This document shows, piece by piece, positions 29,145 through 38,866 of a stretch of DNA of 64,000 nucleotides (position 1 is its first letter; the number at the start of each line of letters is the position of its first letter). A program made the position numbers and the translations under genes. Source of the DNA: Longimicrobiales bacterium (GTDB lineage: Bacteria; Gemmatimonadota; Gemmatimonadetes; Longimicrobiales; Gaopeijiaceae). The notes under the pieces were generated by a model. The model was not told where the DNA came from. It was given only the letters and a program-made list of their open reading frames with translations, and searched no databases. Location: the NCBI GenBank assembly GCA_965248195.1, contig CBDFIQ010000002.1, forward strand, positions 3,104,001 to 3,168,000, given 5' to 3'.

Positions 29145-31618
29145 GACTCCGACCTCCGCTTGCGGAACGGGGTGCTTTGCACGATGCCCACAATGATAGA
29201 CGACCAGCGGTAATTCTCCAAAGATGCTGTGCGAGTGATGTCCCGTACAGTCGGCCGGTCGTAGTGTTCGGGCGCCCGGCCGATTGCATACGCCAGCAGC
29301 TTCTCAGTCACGGTGCCGCTGAACTGTTCCCGGCGCTCGAGGAGCAGCGTCCGGAGGCCCTGTGGCCCATAAAACTGGGTCCCGTTGGGCAACTGACCCG
29401 ACGCGTCGATCGCCAGATTGGCCTCCCCGGTGCTTCGCCACCTGCCAATCGCGTCGTAGTTCTCGAGCGCCAACCCCAGGGGATCCATCGGTGCGTGGCA
29501 GGCCGAGCAGACGGGGTCCTCTCGGTGGCGTAGCATCCGATCGCGAACCGTGGCCGGCTGACCGTCCTCACCCCGGTCCGGAAGATCCGGCACGTCGGCC
29601 GGTGGCGGCGGTGGCGGCGTCCCGAGGATGTTCGTCAGCACCCACTTGCCGCGGAGTACCGGTGAGGTCCGATTCGCATAGGAGGTGACGGTGAGCAGAC
29701 TTCCCTGTCCCAAGATGCCACCTCGTCGCTCGGCAAGGTCACCATCGAGCGGCACCCGGCGGAAGTGGCTGCCGTAGACGCCGGGAATGCCGTAGTGCTC
29801 CGCGAGCCGCTCATTGGCGAACGTGTAGTCGGCGCCGAGCAGATCGAGCACGCTTCGGTCGTCGCGAATCAAGCTTTCGACGAAGAGCTCGGTCTCCTGC
29901 CGGAACGCGTCGCGCAGATTTTCGTCGAACTCGGGAAACGTGACCGCGTCGGGCACCACGCTGCGCAGGTTCCGCAGGTAGAGCCATTGGCCGGCGAAGT
30001 TCTGCACCAGCGCCTTCGAGCGGGAGTCGGCCAGCATGCGTCGGGTCTGCTGCTCGAGCACCTCCGGATCCTGGAGCATACCGCGCTCGGCAGCTTCGAG
30101 TAGCTCGGCGTCCGGGATGCTGCTCCACAGAAAAAACGAGAGCCGCGAGGCGAGCTCGAGATTGCTCAAAGCGTAGACGGTCCCCGGTGCGATACCGGTC
30201 GGGTCGCGCTCTACGCGGAACAGGAAATCGGGCGAGATGAGCAGTCGCTCCAGCGCGAGCTGGATGCCGGCATCGAAGCTGCCGTCGCTCCGTCCCGCGT
30301 GGTAGAATTCCATGAGCGTAGCGAGATCGTGCGCCTCGACCGGTCGCCGGTACGCGTGGCGCGCCAGCGACGACAGAATCTCGCGGGCGCACACTTCCTC
30401 GTCCGAAGATGCGTCGCTCGCCGGTCGGCAGGTGAACACCGCCCGGCGGCTCGGCGTGTCACCCGGGCCACCGCTCCCATACGGTCCGGTGATCGCCACG
30501 TGCTCAACGGCCGCGTTCCCGTCGCGCATCTCGTTCACCGCCGCCGCGAACACGCTCTGGCGAGGCTGAAGCACGCCTTCGGGCTCGGTAAACCTCCGGA
30601 CGAACGAGACGCCGACGAGGCGCGGCCCCGCCTTGGCCGTAAAGCGTATCCGCAGATCGGCGTCGGCGAAGAGCATGTACTCTTCCCAGGCCGGATCGCC
30701 GAACTGGTTGCCTCCGTAGCTCGCGGGCGCCTGCAGGACGTCCGGCTCCTCGCCACCGAAGGTGAACGTACGGACCAACTCGCCGTCGAGGCGGACCTCC
30801 AGCTCGTGGCGCGACCCTAGGCCGCGCACGTAGTTCACATAGTTCCGATGAAGTCCGATCGCGAGGTCGTATTCGCCGTCGAGGGGGAAGTAGTGGCGGA
30901 TTCCAATCCCTCCGCGCGAGCCAAACGGGAGGTCGTCCCCCATTCGGTCGTTCTGTACGAGCAGAATCGGCACCGCGTAGGTCTCGCCTACCGGTCCCAG
31001 CGGAGCTTCGCCGACCGCCAGTCGTGCCGTCTTCCGCGCCGCCGATAAGTACCGCTCCATCAAGGCGGGTGAGACCGTCAACACGTCGGCCATGTTGTCG
31101 AAACCGTGCTCGTCGATGTCGTCCGCGGGCAACAGCGCCTCCACGTCGACATCGAGCGCCAACAGATCACGAACGGCGTTGGCGTATTCGGCGCGATTGA
31201 GGCGATGGAACGCCTCGGTCCGGCCAGGATTCGGATTGGCCGCCGCGAACTGGTCGATCTCGGACTCGAGCCATGCGGTGAGCACGGCGTAGGTCTCGTC
31301 CGCCGGACGCGACCGGCCCACCGGCGGCATCCGCCGTGAGCGAAGCTGCAGGAGGACCCTTTCAGGAATCCCGGCGTGTTCACCCACCCGTGCAAGATCG
31401 AGGCCCTCGAAGGAGAGGTCGCCCCTGCGGCTTCGGTCGTTATGGCAGCTGACGCAGTACTCGCCGAGGGTCGCCTGGAGAAGTTCGGCTTCGGAGGCCG
31501 GCTGCGCTTGGGCGCTGACAGCCAGTGGGGCGGAAAAGAGTACCACGGTCACGAGGACCACCGTCCCGAGCACCGCTGTTCTGAACACGGACTCCAGCGA
31601 CAGGTTTCGTGACATCAT
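29141..31618 (-). CDS. DUF1592-family (PSCyt/DUF1587/1595/1592/1588/1585) c-type cytochrome protein
   Basis: CVSCH, RLNR-EY-N--RDL, ELASRLSFFLWSSIPD, FAGQWL, TSPV-RG-W, CSACH--MDP-G. Confidence 0.92.
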   Translation of the reverse strand: MMSRNLSLESVFRTAVLGTVVLVTVVLFSAPLAVSAQAQPASEAELLQATLGEYCVSCHNDRSRRGDLSFEGLDLARVGEHAGIPERVLLQLRSRRMPPVGRSRPADETYAVLTAWLESEIDQFAAANPNPGRTEAFHRLNRAEYANAVRDLLALDVDVEALLPADDIDEHGFDNMADVLTVSPALMERYLSAARKTARLAVGEAPLGPVGETYAVPILLVQNDRMGDDLPFGSRGGIGIRHYFPLDGEYDLAIGLHRNYVNYVRGLGSRHELEVRLDGELVRTFTFGGEEPDVLQAPASYGGNQFGDPAWEEYMLFADADLRIRFTAKAGPRLVGVSFVRRFTEPEGVLQPRQSVFAAAVNEMRDGNAAVEHVAITGPYGSGGPGDTPSRRAVFTCRPASDASSDEEVCAREILSSLARHAYRRPVEAHDLATLMEFYHAGRSDGSFDAGIQLALERLLISPDFLFRVERDPTGIAPGTVYALSNLELASRLSFFLWSSIPDAELLEAAERGMLQDPEVLEQQTRRMLADSRSKALVQNFAGQWLYLRNLRSVVPDAVTFPEFDENLRDAFRQETELFVESLIRDDRSVLDLLGADYTFANERLAEHYGIPGVYGSHFRRVPLDGDLAERRGGILGQGSLLTVTSYANRTSPVLRGKWVLTNILGTPPPPPPADVPDLPDRGEDGQPATVRDRMLRHREDPVCSACHAPMDPLGLALENYDAIGRWRSTGEANLAIDASGQLPNGTQFYGPQGLRTLLLERREQFSGTVTEKLLAYAIGRAPEHYDRPTVRDITRTASLENYRWSSIIVGIVQSTPFRKRRSES

Positions 31619-31780
31619 CTGTCAGTCCCCCACTGAATCCTAGGCTAACCCTAGTGTGACTATCCCGGCGTCCCGGGGCATCTCGGTGGATCGCGAACTT
31701 CTGGGACAAACACCGGGCCTAGATTGGCCCGCCCTGACTGGGGTGTCAATGTTGGACCGAATGCCGTAGCATGGATCAAC

Positions 31781-33262
31781 ATGTGTAAGAGACTTCGTGC
31801 CACGGTACCGCTCATCGCCATGCTGGCCGCCGTTCTCGCCTGGCCGGTCGCAGCCCACTCGCAGTCTGCGCCTGCGATCATCGAGGCGTTGAAAGCGGGT
31901 GACCTCGAGACGGCACGCACGCTGGTCGCCGTGGGAGCCGACGTCAATGCACCCCAGGGCGATGGCGCCACGGCGCTCCACTGGGCAGCGCACCGGAACC
32001 ATCTCGGCGCGGCAAGGTTGCTCATCGAGGCCGGCGCGGACGTCAACGCGGCCAACGGGCTCGGCGCCACCCCCCTGTGGCTGGCAGCGATCAACGGCAG
32101 CGCGCCGATGGTCGAGCTGCTGCTCGAGGCGGGTGGCAACCCGAACGCATCGCTCAAGATGGGCGAAACGCCGCTGATGACCGCAGCTCGGTCGGGCGAC
32201 CTTGAGACGGTCGAGCGGCTTCTAGAGCATGGCGCGGACATCAACGCGGCCGAGCACGAACGCGGGCAGACCGCTCTGATGTGGGCTGTCGCCCAGCAGC
32301 ACGTTGATGTCGCACACCTGCTGATCGAGAATGACGCAGACTTGCATGCCCGCACGAAGGTCTGGTACCAGCTGGAGAACACGGCGGGCAACACCAACAC
32401 GAGCGGCAATTTCCGGATGGCGCACGGCGGCTCGACACCACTGCTTTTCGCTGCGCGTAACGGTGACGTCGAGACCGTCCGAGTGCTCGTGGAGGCCGGC
32501 GCCGACGTCAACGACACCGCGGCCTCCGGAGCCCGCGCGCTCGTCATCGCAGCGCATAGCGGGCACGGGCCGCTCGGGATCTACTTGCTCGAGCAGGGCG
32601 CCGATCCGAACGCCGCCGGGGCGGGGTATACAGCGCTTCACGCTGCAGTCCTTCGAAGCCAAGTCGAGTTGGTCGAGGCGCTCCTCGACCACGGCGCCGT
32701 TGCGAACGCAGTCGTCGAGCACGGGACGAACGGCCGGCGGTTCAGCGCGGACTACAGCATCCGCCATCAGCTGATCGGCACGAACGCGTTTTGGCTGGCC
32801 GCGAAATACGGCGAGCTCGAGATCCTCGGCACGCTCGCCGAGCATGGAGCCGATCCCTTCGTCGTACCCGAAGGGGGCATGTCGGCGCTCCAGGCGGCGA
32901 TCGGCATGCCGGGCTCATCCTTGGAGAGCCGACGTGACCGCATCGGGAATTCGGCTCCGGATCCGGACGACGAAGAGCGACGGACCCTCGAGCTGGCGCG
33001 CATCGTCATCGACCTCGGCGTCGACGTCAACGCGGCCGACCAGAGGGGCAACACCCCACTGCACGACGCGGTGCGCAAGGATTTCGCATCCGTCGTCGAG
33101 TTGCTGGTAGCACGCGGCGCCGACGTCAACGCGGTGAACGAGCGCGACCAGACGCCGTTGGTGTTGGCCGAAACTCCTCAGACCATCCCCGGCACGAACG
33201 GGCTGAGGGGCACCCGCCCCGAGGTCGCGGAACTGCTGCGGAGCTTGGGTGCGAACGACTAG
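31781..33262 (+). CDS. Exported ankyrin repeat protein
   Basis: Many G-T-LH/L-AA...GADVN repeats; signal peptide. Confidence 0.92.
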   Translation: MCKRLRATVPLIAMLAAVLAWPVAAHSQSAPAIIEALKAGDLETARTLVAVGADVNAPQGDGATALHWAAHRNHLGAARLLIEAGADVNAANGLGATPLWLAAINGSAPMVELLLEAGGNPNASLKMGETPLMTAARSGDLETVERLLEHGADINAAEHERGQTALMWAVAQQHVDVAHLLIENDADLHARTKVWYQLENTAGNTNTSGNFRMAHGGSTPLLFAARNGDVETVRVLVEAGADVNDTAASGARALVIAAHSGHGPLGIYLLEQGADPNAAGAGYTALHAAVLRSQVELVEALLDHGAVANAVVEHGTNGRRFSADYSIRHQLIGTNAFWLAAKYGELEILGTLAEHGADPFVVPEGGMSALQAAIGMPGSSLESRRDRIGNSAPDPDDEERRTLELARIVIDLGVDVNAADQRGNTPLHDAVRKDFASVVELLVARGADVNAVNERDQTPLVLAETPQTIPGTNGLRGTRPEVAELLRSLGAND

Positions 33263-33288
33263 ACGGCGCGATCATCCTAAGGACCATC

Positions 33289-33336
33289 CTCCACTCCTCA
33301 GGTTTCCTCCGACTCCACTTCTCAGGTTTCCTCCGA
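33289..33336. repeat. 24-bp tandem duplication
   Basis: CTCCACTYCTCAGGTTTCCTCCGA twice, one mismatch. Confidence 0.85.
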
Positions 33337-33375
33337 AGGCCGCGCTGTGATCCCCGGGAGGGCCAGGGGAAACGG

Positions 33376-33606
33376 CTAGCTTACGGTTACGGCGTAGCCC
33401 AGATCCGAACAGGTGCTTCCACCGTGATAGCTCCAAGATGCTCCGTTGACTCCCTCGCCGGAGTAGACCGAACATTCGGATTGGTCGAAATTGTTGTAGC
33501 AGTAGTCGTTGTCAAAAATGCCGTTGACCCCCAAGCATGACCCCACACTTCCACAAGCGGGGGCTATGAAAGCGAGCGCTGCAATGGTGAACATGATCCG
33601 AGTCAT
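33376..33606 (-). CDS. Small Cys-rich lipoprotein (76 aa)
   Basis: GGGAGG RBS; lipobox APAC; four further Cys. Confidence 0.7.
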   Translation of the reverse strand: MTRIMFTIAALAFIAPACGSVGSCLGVNGIFDNDYCYNNFDQSECSVYSGEGVNGASWSYHGGSTCSDLGYAVTVS

Positions 33607-33780
33607 GGCTCAGCCTCCCAATAATAGACGTCGTGTGCGCGATGTCTCCCGGAGTTAGCCCGGCTGGCAGTCGACGTCGATGGGGCTAGGCCCTTGGAGG
33701 TAATCGATCTTTCCTTCGACCCTCGAATACGGCAAGATACTCTCCTCCCAACGTCATTCTTCACGCCTGGAAACGATTCG

Positions 33781-34839
33781 ATGACCGCCCCACAAGTGCA
33801 ATCCGAGATCCAAGCGGCGGAGAAACCGAGCCTACCTCTCTTCGAAGACTGGTCGCCGCAGATGGGTATTGCCCAGTGCGCCAGCAGCGACTGGGCTCCC
33901 CCTCGTCGCGTCGCGTGCGGCACGCTTCCCATTCACCCTGGCGCCATGGGGATCCAGTTCGGGCAGAGCGTCTTCGAGGGTTGCAAAGCGTTCTGGAACG
34001 GAACAGATCCCGCACGTCTCTTCCGCATTGACGAGCACTACAGACGCCTGGTCGCGTCGTGCGACCGGCTTCGCATGCCGGCCCCTCCGGAAGAGATTTT
34101 TCTCGAGGCAGTGGTGGGTCAGGTGAAGGACTCGGCCAGCTGGTCGTCTCCGTTCTCGAGCGACACACTGTACATCCGTCCGCTCGTCTTCGGCGAGGAC
34201 GACCACGTGATGCCGGTTCCATCGGTCCGTAGCACGTTTTTGGTTCTCACCGCGCCGTTGCGCTCGTTCCCGGACAGACCGCTGGTGCTGTTCGCCGAGC
34301 GCGAGTTCAGCCGAGCCGCCAGAGGGGGGCTGGGCCACGCCAAGACGTCCGCGAACTACGCTCACCAGTACTATCCGACTTGGCGGGCCAAGGAGGCCGG
34401 CTGCGACGGGGTTCTGTGGCTCGATTCCGAGACCCACGACCGGATCGAGGAGGCCAGCACGATGAACATCTTCATGGTCATCGGTGAGGAGCTCGTCACG
34501 CCCTCGCTGCAGGACACGATTCTCGCCGGGATCACGCGTCGCTCGGTGATCACCCTCGCCCGCGAGCGCCACGGACTGAAGGTCGTCGAGCGCCCCATCA
34601 CCTTGACCGAAGTCGCCCGGGCAGTCGAGGTCGGCACCCTCAAGGAGGTGTTCACCACGTCGACGGCTCTCCAGATTCGCCCGGTTTCGCGCGTCGTCGA
34701 TGGGGAGCGAAACATCGACTTTCCCCAGGAAACACCGTGGACAAATCAGCTGCACGAGGACCTCATCGCGATTCAACGCGACGACGCGGACGACGAGTGG
34801 GGATGGATCAGCAAGGTGCCCGTGAGGGGAAGTCCCTGA
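33781..34839 (+). CDS. ilvE: Branched-chain amino acid aminotransferase-like (PLP class IV)
   Basis: GQSVFEG-KA, LFR---H--RL--S, LYIRP, AKTSANY, EE---MN, ILAGITR-S. Confidence 0.8.
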   Translation: MTAPQVQSEIQAAEKPSLPLFEDWSPQMGIAQCASSDWAPPRRVACGTLPIHPGAMGIQFGQSVFEGCKAFWNGTDPARLFRIDEHYRRLVASCDRLRMPAPPEEIFLEAVVGQVKDSASWSSPFSSDTLYIRPLVFGEDDHVMPVPSVRSTFLVLTAPLRSFPDRPLVLFAEREFSRAARGGLGHAKTSANYAHQYYPTWRAKEAGCDGVLWLDSETHDRIEEASTMNIFMVIGEELVTPSLQDTILAGITRRSVITLARERHGLKVVERPITLTEVARAVEVGTLKEVFTTSTALQIRPVSRVVDGERNIDFPQETPWTNQLHEDLIAIQRDDADDEWGWISKVPVRGSP

Positions 34840-34841
34840 AT

Positions 34842-35402
34842 ATGAACCTCCTCGATTCCATCAAGGCTCGTCGCTCGGTCAAGACCTTCACCGACCGCCC
34901 CGTATCACGGGAAGAGATCGAGCAGCTCCTCACGGCGGCCTGCCAGGCCCCCAACCACAGAATGACGGAGCCGTGGCGTTTCTATGTGCTCGGCCCCCGG
35001 GCCCGTCGCGCCTACGGTGAGGCCCTCGGGCACCGAAAAGCTAAACGGGTCGACGACCCCGAGGCCGGGAAGGCCGTCGTCCAGAAGGTCGCTGAGACGC
35101 ACGAGTCACTACCCGCCATGATTGCGGTCGCTATCACGGTGGACGAGAACCCCGAGATCCGAGAAGAAGACTTCGCGGCCGCCTTCATGGGTATCCAGAA
35201 CCTGTCACTGGTTGCTCACTCAATCGGCCTGGGCACGCACATCAAGACGGGTGCCATCATGGACGACCCCACCGCGCGGGCAGCGGTCGGACTCCCCGAG
35301 GGCGAGAGGATCGTCGCCACCATCAACATCGGCGAGCCCGACGCGTTGCCGGATGGCAAGGCTCGGCAGGCGGCTGCGCAACTTACCACGTGGGTGGCGT
35401 GA
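34842..35402 (+). CDS. Nitroreductase family protein (YdjA-like)
   Basis: RRSVK-F, APNH--TEPWRF, QNL-L-AH--GLG. Confidence 0.88.
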   Translation: MNLLDSIKARRSVKTFTDRPVSREEIEQLLTAACQAPNHRMTEPWRFYVLGPRARRAYGEALGHRKAKRVDDPEAGKAVVQKVAETHESLPAMIAVAITVDENPEIREEDFAAAFMGIQNLSLVAHSIGLGTHIKTGAIMDDPTARAAVGLPEGERIVATINIGEPDALPDGKARQAAAQLTTWVA

Positions 35403-35554
35403 TCTCGGCCGAAGCTGAGCGCTCAGGCCGAGCCCTTAACTTGCGAGGTCGTCTTGACCGAAGAGCCACAGAGGTGAGTGTGGTAAGATTCCCAGGGATA
35501 GCCATCGTCTGAGAGCCTTGCCGCCCCACACGGCGTAGACGCATTTTGTTCGCC

Positions 35555-35638
35555 ATGTCTGATGCCGTCACTCGCCTCAATGCTGCCCTAGAAGTCCCCT
35601 ACGTGGTCCGGACCTCGTTCCTACCGTCGGGACCGTAA
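35555..35638 (+). pseudogene. 5' stump of a Ser/Thr kinase gene (MSDAVTRLNAALE, then unrelated sequence)
   Basis: First 13 codons resemble SDASVRLNTALAGRY, which precedes the kinase domain of 1779-5000; similarity stops abruptly. Confidence 0.6.
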
Positions 35639-35641
35639 CTT

Positions 35642-37087
35642 ATGTCCCGGACTGTTCTCGGCATCGTTGTGACGCTCCTGATGGTGCCGCACGCACGTGC
35701 CCAGGTCGTGCCCCAGGAGGGCGACCTCGTCCTCCTGGGCGGAGTCCTTTGGGACGGCACCACCGACGAGTCGCGCCCCAACCCGGGCATACTCGTTCGG
35801 AACGGGACGATATTAATCGTTGGGGAGGTCGATCCCGGGGTCGATCCCGAGAGGAGCGGGGCCGAGGTCATCAGGCTCGCTGATGATTCGTTCATCTTGC
35901 CCGGTCTCTTCGACCTGCACGCGCACTATGCTGTTGATTTGTTGGCAGAGGGTCGCGTCGACGAGTACACCGTGAACCCGGTGCTCTTCCTGGCCAACGG
36001 TGTGACTTCGACCTTTCCCGCAGGCGAGGTCGACCCCGCCGAGGCTCGCAAGGGTCGCGCACGTGTGGCGTCGGGCGAGATCCCAGGACCTCGCATCTAC
36101 AGCTCAGGGCCGTACTGGGGTACCGCCCGACCCGGTTGGAGTCACGAGGCGATGACCCCGGACTCGATTCGCAAGGAGGCCACATACTGGGCCCTGAACG
36201 GCGTACGTGGCTTCAAGGCCAAGGGCATCCGGCCGGACCAACTCGAGGCCCTGATCGAGGTCGGACACGAGCACGGCATCACGGTAACCGGCCACCTCGA
36301 TTCGGGAGTGCGCAACAGCGTGAACCCCCGCGACGCGATTCTCATGGGTATCGATCGCATCGAGCACTTCATGGGTGGGGACGCATTCGTGGACACCCAG
36401 TCGGCGTATGCATCACTCGAAGCGTTCGATCTCGAGGACCCGGGCACCGTACTGCAACTCGAGAGGCAGGTCAGGCTCTTCGTAGAGCAAGGCGCGTACT
36501 TCGATGCCACGCTCACCGCCTACGACTACTGGGCCGGCAAGGAAGCCCGAGTCTATGACTACTGGGAAGATGAGCGGGGATTCCTTACGCCCTATGCACG
36601 GGCCGAAGTGGAGGCGCGCCTACCGCGTGACCCTTCGGACCAGTTCGAGCGCATCCATCACATGAAGCGTCGTACGATCAAGCTCTTCTACGATGCCGGG
36701 GGTGCCAACAACATCTCGCTGGGGACCGACCACCCGAGTTGGGGGGAGTGGTGGAGCGGCTTCGGCGTACACCGTGAGCTGCACGCCTTCGTGCTGGCCG
36801 GGATTCCCAACGCAGCCGCATTGCGCTTCGCGACGATCAACTCCGCGCGCGCGTTTGGTGTGGACGCTCGACTCGGCACTGTGGAGGCCGGCAAGTACGC
36901 TGACCTGCTTATCGTACGTGGGGACCCGCTCACCTCGATCACCGACACGCGCGATGCGACCCACGTGATCCGATCCGGGCGGGTGTACGACCCGGCTGCG
37001 CTCTTCGACGCCGTCCGCGGCGAGATGGGCCCGAAGAACGCGTCGGAGGCAGACTGGTGGAAGGGGGATTTGCGGCTGGGAAGGTAG
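35642..37087 (+). CDS. Exported amidohydrolase family protein
   Basis: LPGLFDLHAH, GFK, TGHL, IEH, GTD, GKYADL. Confidence 0.88.
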   Translation: MSRTVLGIVVTLLMVPHARAQVVPQEGDLVLLGGVLWDGTTDESRPNPGILVRNGTILIVGEVDPGVDPERSGAEVIRLADDSFILPGLFDLHAHYAVDLLAEGRVDEYTVNPVLFLANGVTSTFPAGEVDPAEARKGRARVASGEIPGPRIYSSGPYWGTARPGWSHEAMTPDSIRKEATYWALNGVRGFKAKGIRPDQLEALIEVGHEHGITVTGHLDSGVRNSVNPRDAILMGIDRIEHFMGGDAFVDTQSAYASLEAFDLEDPGTVLQLERQVRLFVEQGAYFDATLTAYDYWAGKEARVYDYWEDERGFLTPYARAEVEARLPRDPSDQFERIHHMKRRTIKLFYDAGGANNISLGTDHPSWGEWWSGFGVHRELHAFVLAGIPNAAALRFATINSARAFGVDARLGTVEAGKYADLLIVRGDPLTSITDTRDATHVIRSGRVYDPAALFDAVRGEMGPKNASEADWWKGDLRLGR

Positions 37088-37133
37088 TTGGGCTCACCCG
37101 ATACTGGGATCACCCGATACGAGGACCATCGCA

Positions 37134-37637
37134 ATGAGTGACGAGAAATCTCCAGTCCGACGAAGAGTTGCCAGATTGAGCGCAATCGCTCTGGCAGCCG
37201 CGTCCGTAGGATTCAGTCAAGCGGCGTCTGCCCAAACACCTGCAAGCGAGCTCGAATCGGAATTTCTTCTCGAGTTATTGCTCGACGTTGATGCCTCAAT
37301 CGATGCTGGCCACACCCGCATTGCGCCAGTCACCGGAGGAAGCTTCAGCGGACCAGGCATCAGGGGAAGAGTACATGGAGGCGCCGACTGGATTACGCAG
37401 GTATCGGGTCATAGCAGTCTCGACGTGCGCATCACTCTGGAAACCGATGACGGTGAACTCATCTACATGTCCTACACCGGAATCATTCGGTCCGGAGAAA
37501 ACGGACGGTATTGGAGAGTACGACCCATCTTCCAGACCGCGTCGGAGAAATATGACTGGCTCAACCATGCTGTTTTCATAGGCAAGAGTAAGCAGGTATC
37601 TGGCAAGGTTGCTTACGACGTTTTCCGTATACTCTGA
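37134..37637 (+). CDS. DUF3237 family protein with signal peptide
   Basis: VTGGSFSGP---G-V-GGADW, LDVR--LETDDG--IY--Y-G, F-T--EKY-WLN. Confidence 0.85.
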   Translation: MSDEKSPVRRRVARLSAIALAAASVGFSQAASAQTPASELESEFLLELLLDVDASIDAGHTRIAPVTGGSFSGPGIRGRVHGGADWITQVSGHSSLDVRITLETDDGELIYMSYTGIIRSGENGRYWRVRPIFQTASEKYDWLNHAVFIGKSKQVSGKVAYDVFRIL

Positions 37638-37672
37638 ATCCGTCCTGGAGGCTTGAACACGGGAGAAGAAAC

Positions 37673-38764
37673 ATGACGAAGCTCATTTCCGCGCTGGTCG
37701 CGCTGACCATGGTCGCGCTGATCGTGGCCGTACCCTCAGCAGACGCGCAATACGCACCCCAGATTCCAGTGGAGTCCGTGCCGGACTTCTTCCGGCTGCC
37801 GATCGGAGTGAACTTCGGCGAGGTGCCCGCCGTGGCCGTCAATTCTCAGGGTCACATCTTCGTGTACAGCCGCTCGAATCCCACCGGGGGTGGTCCCGCA
37901 TACGGCATTCACGCGGCCCAACTGTTCGAGTTCAGCCCCTCGGGCGACTTCATCCGTGAGCACGGCAGAGGGCTCTACGCCTGGGCGTTCGCGCACGGGC
38001 TCAGGATCGATGCGAACGACGACATATGGACGGTGGACAAGGGCTCCAACATGGTCATCCGGATGGACCCTGCGGGCCGGGTCGTCTGGGTGTTCGGCCG
38101 CAAGGCGGAATCGAGCTCCGAGGGGGCTCGCCCGATCGAGCGTCGAAATCCCCCGGCCCCCCCTCAAGACGGGCGTTTCCGCGAGCCCACGGACGTGGCC
38201 TTCGACTCGCAAGGCAACATCTACATCAGCGACGGATACATAAACTCCCGAGTCGCCAAGTACGACATGAACGGCGATTGGGTGATGTCGTGGGGCGAGC
38301 CCGGCACGGGCCCCGGCCAGCTCCGCACCCCACATAGCATAGCGATCGACAGAGATGACAACGTCTATGTCGGCGATCGCTCGAACGCTCGGATTCAGGT
38401 GTTCGACACGGACGGCAACTTCCAGCGGATGTTCAGTGTGGCCACCCCGATCGCGCCCGGCTCCAAGGCCGTGAACGGCACCACCCCGACGGACCTCATG
38501 AGCGTGAGTGGGAACGGGGCGCCGAACTCGCTCTGCATCCCGCCAGGGAGCAACGTCATCTACGTGGGCGAGAGCACGTTCCCCGGGCGGATCATCAAGG
38601 CGACACTCCAGGGCGAGGTGCTCGGGGTCGTCGGCAACGCCGGGCGAATGCTGGGTGAGTTCTCAGGGGTGCATGGACTTGCCTGCCCCACGGAGGACTT
38701 GCTCTTTGCTGCGGAGACCTCGAACTCACGGGTGCAGAAGCTGATTCTGAATCCGCGGAGGTAG
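37673..38764 (+). CDS. PAL-like NHL-repeat protein
   Basis: AHGLRID, PTDVAFD, SDGYINSRV, PHSI, GDRSNARIQ, VHGL; signal peptide. Confidence 0.88.
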   Translation: MTKLISALVALTMVALIVAVPSADAQYAPQIPVESVPDFFRLPIGVNFGEVPAVAVNSQGHIFVYSRSNPTGGGPAYGIHAAQLFEFSPSGDFIREHGRGLYAWAFAHGLRIDANDDIWTVDKGSNMVIRMDPAGRVVWVFGRKAESSSEGARPIERRNPPAPPQDGRFREPTDVAFDSQGNIYISDGYINSRVAKYDMNGDWVMSWGEPGTGPGQLRTPHSIAIDRDDNVYVGDRSNARIQVFDTDGNFQRMFSVATPIAPGSKAVNGTTPTDLMSVSGNGAPNSLCIPPGSNVIYVGESTFPGRIIKATLQGEVLGVVGNAGRMLGEFSGVHGLACPTEDLLFAAETSNSRVQKLILNPRR

Positions 38765-38866
38765 GCCCGGGGCGGGGACGAGTAGTCCTTTGACATTTGT
38801 GCCGCCCGGGGCTGAGTTGGGGAGCGCGATCACGTTCCGCGATGCAGTAACCCATCGGGAGGACAT

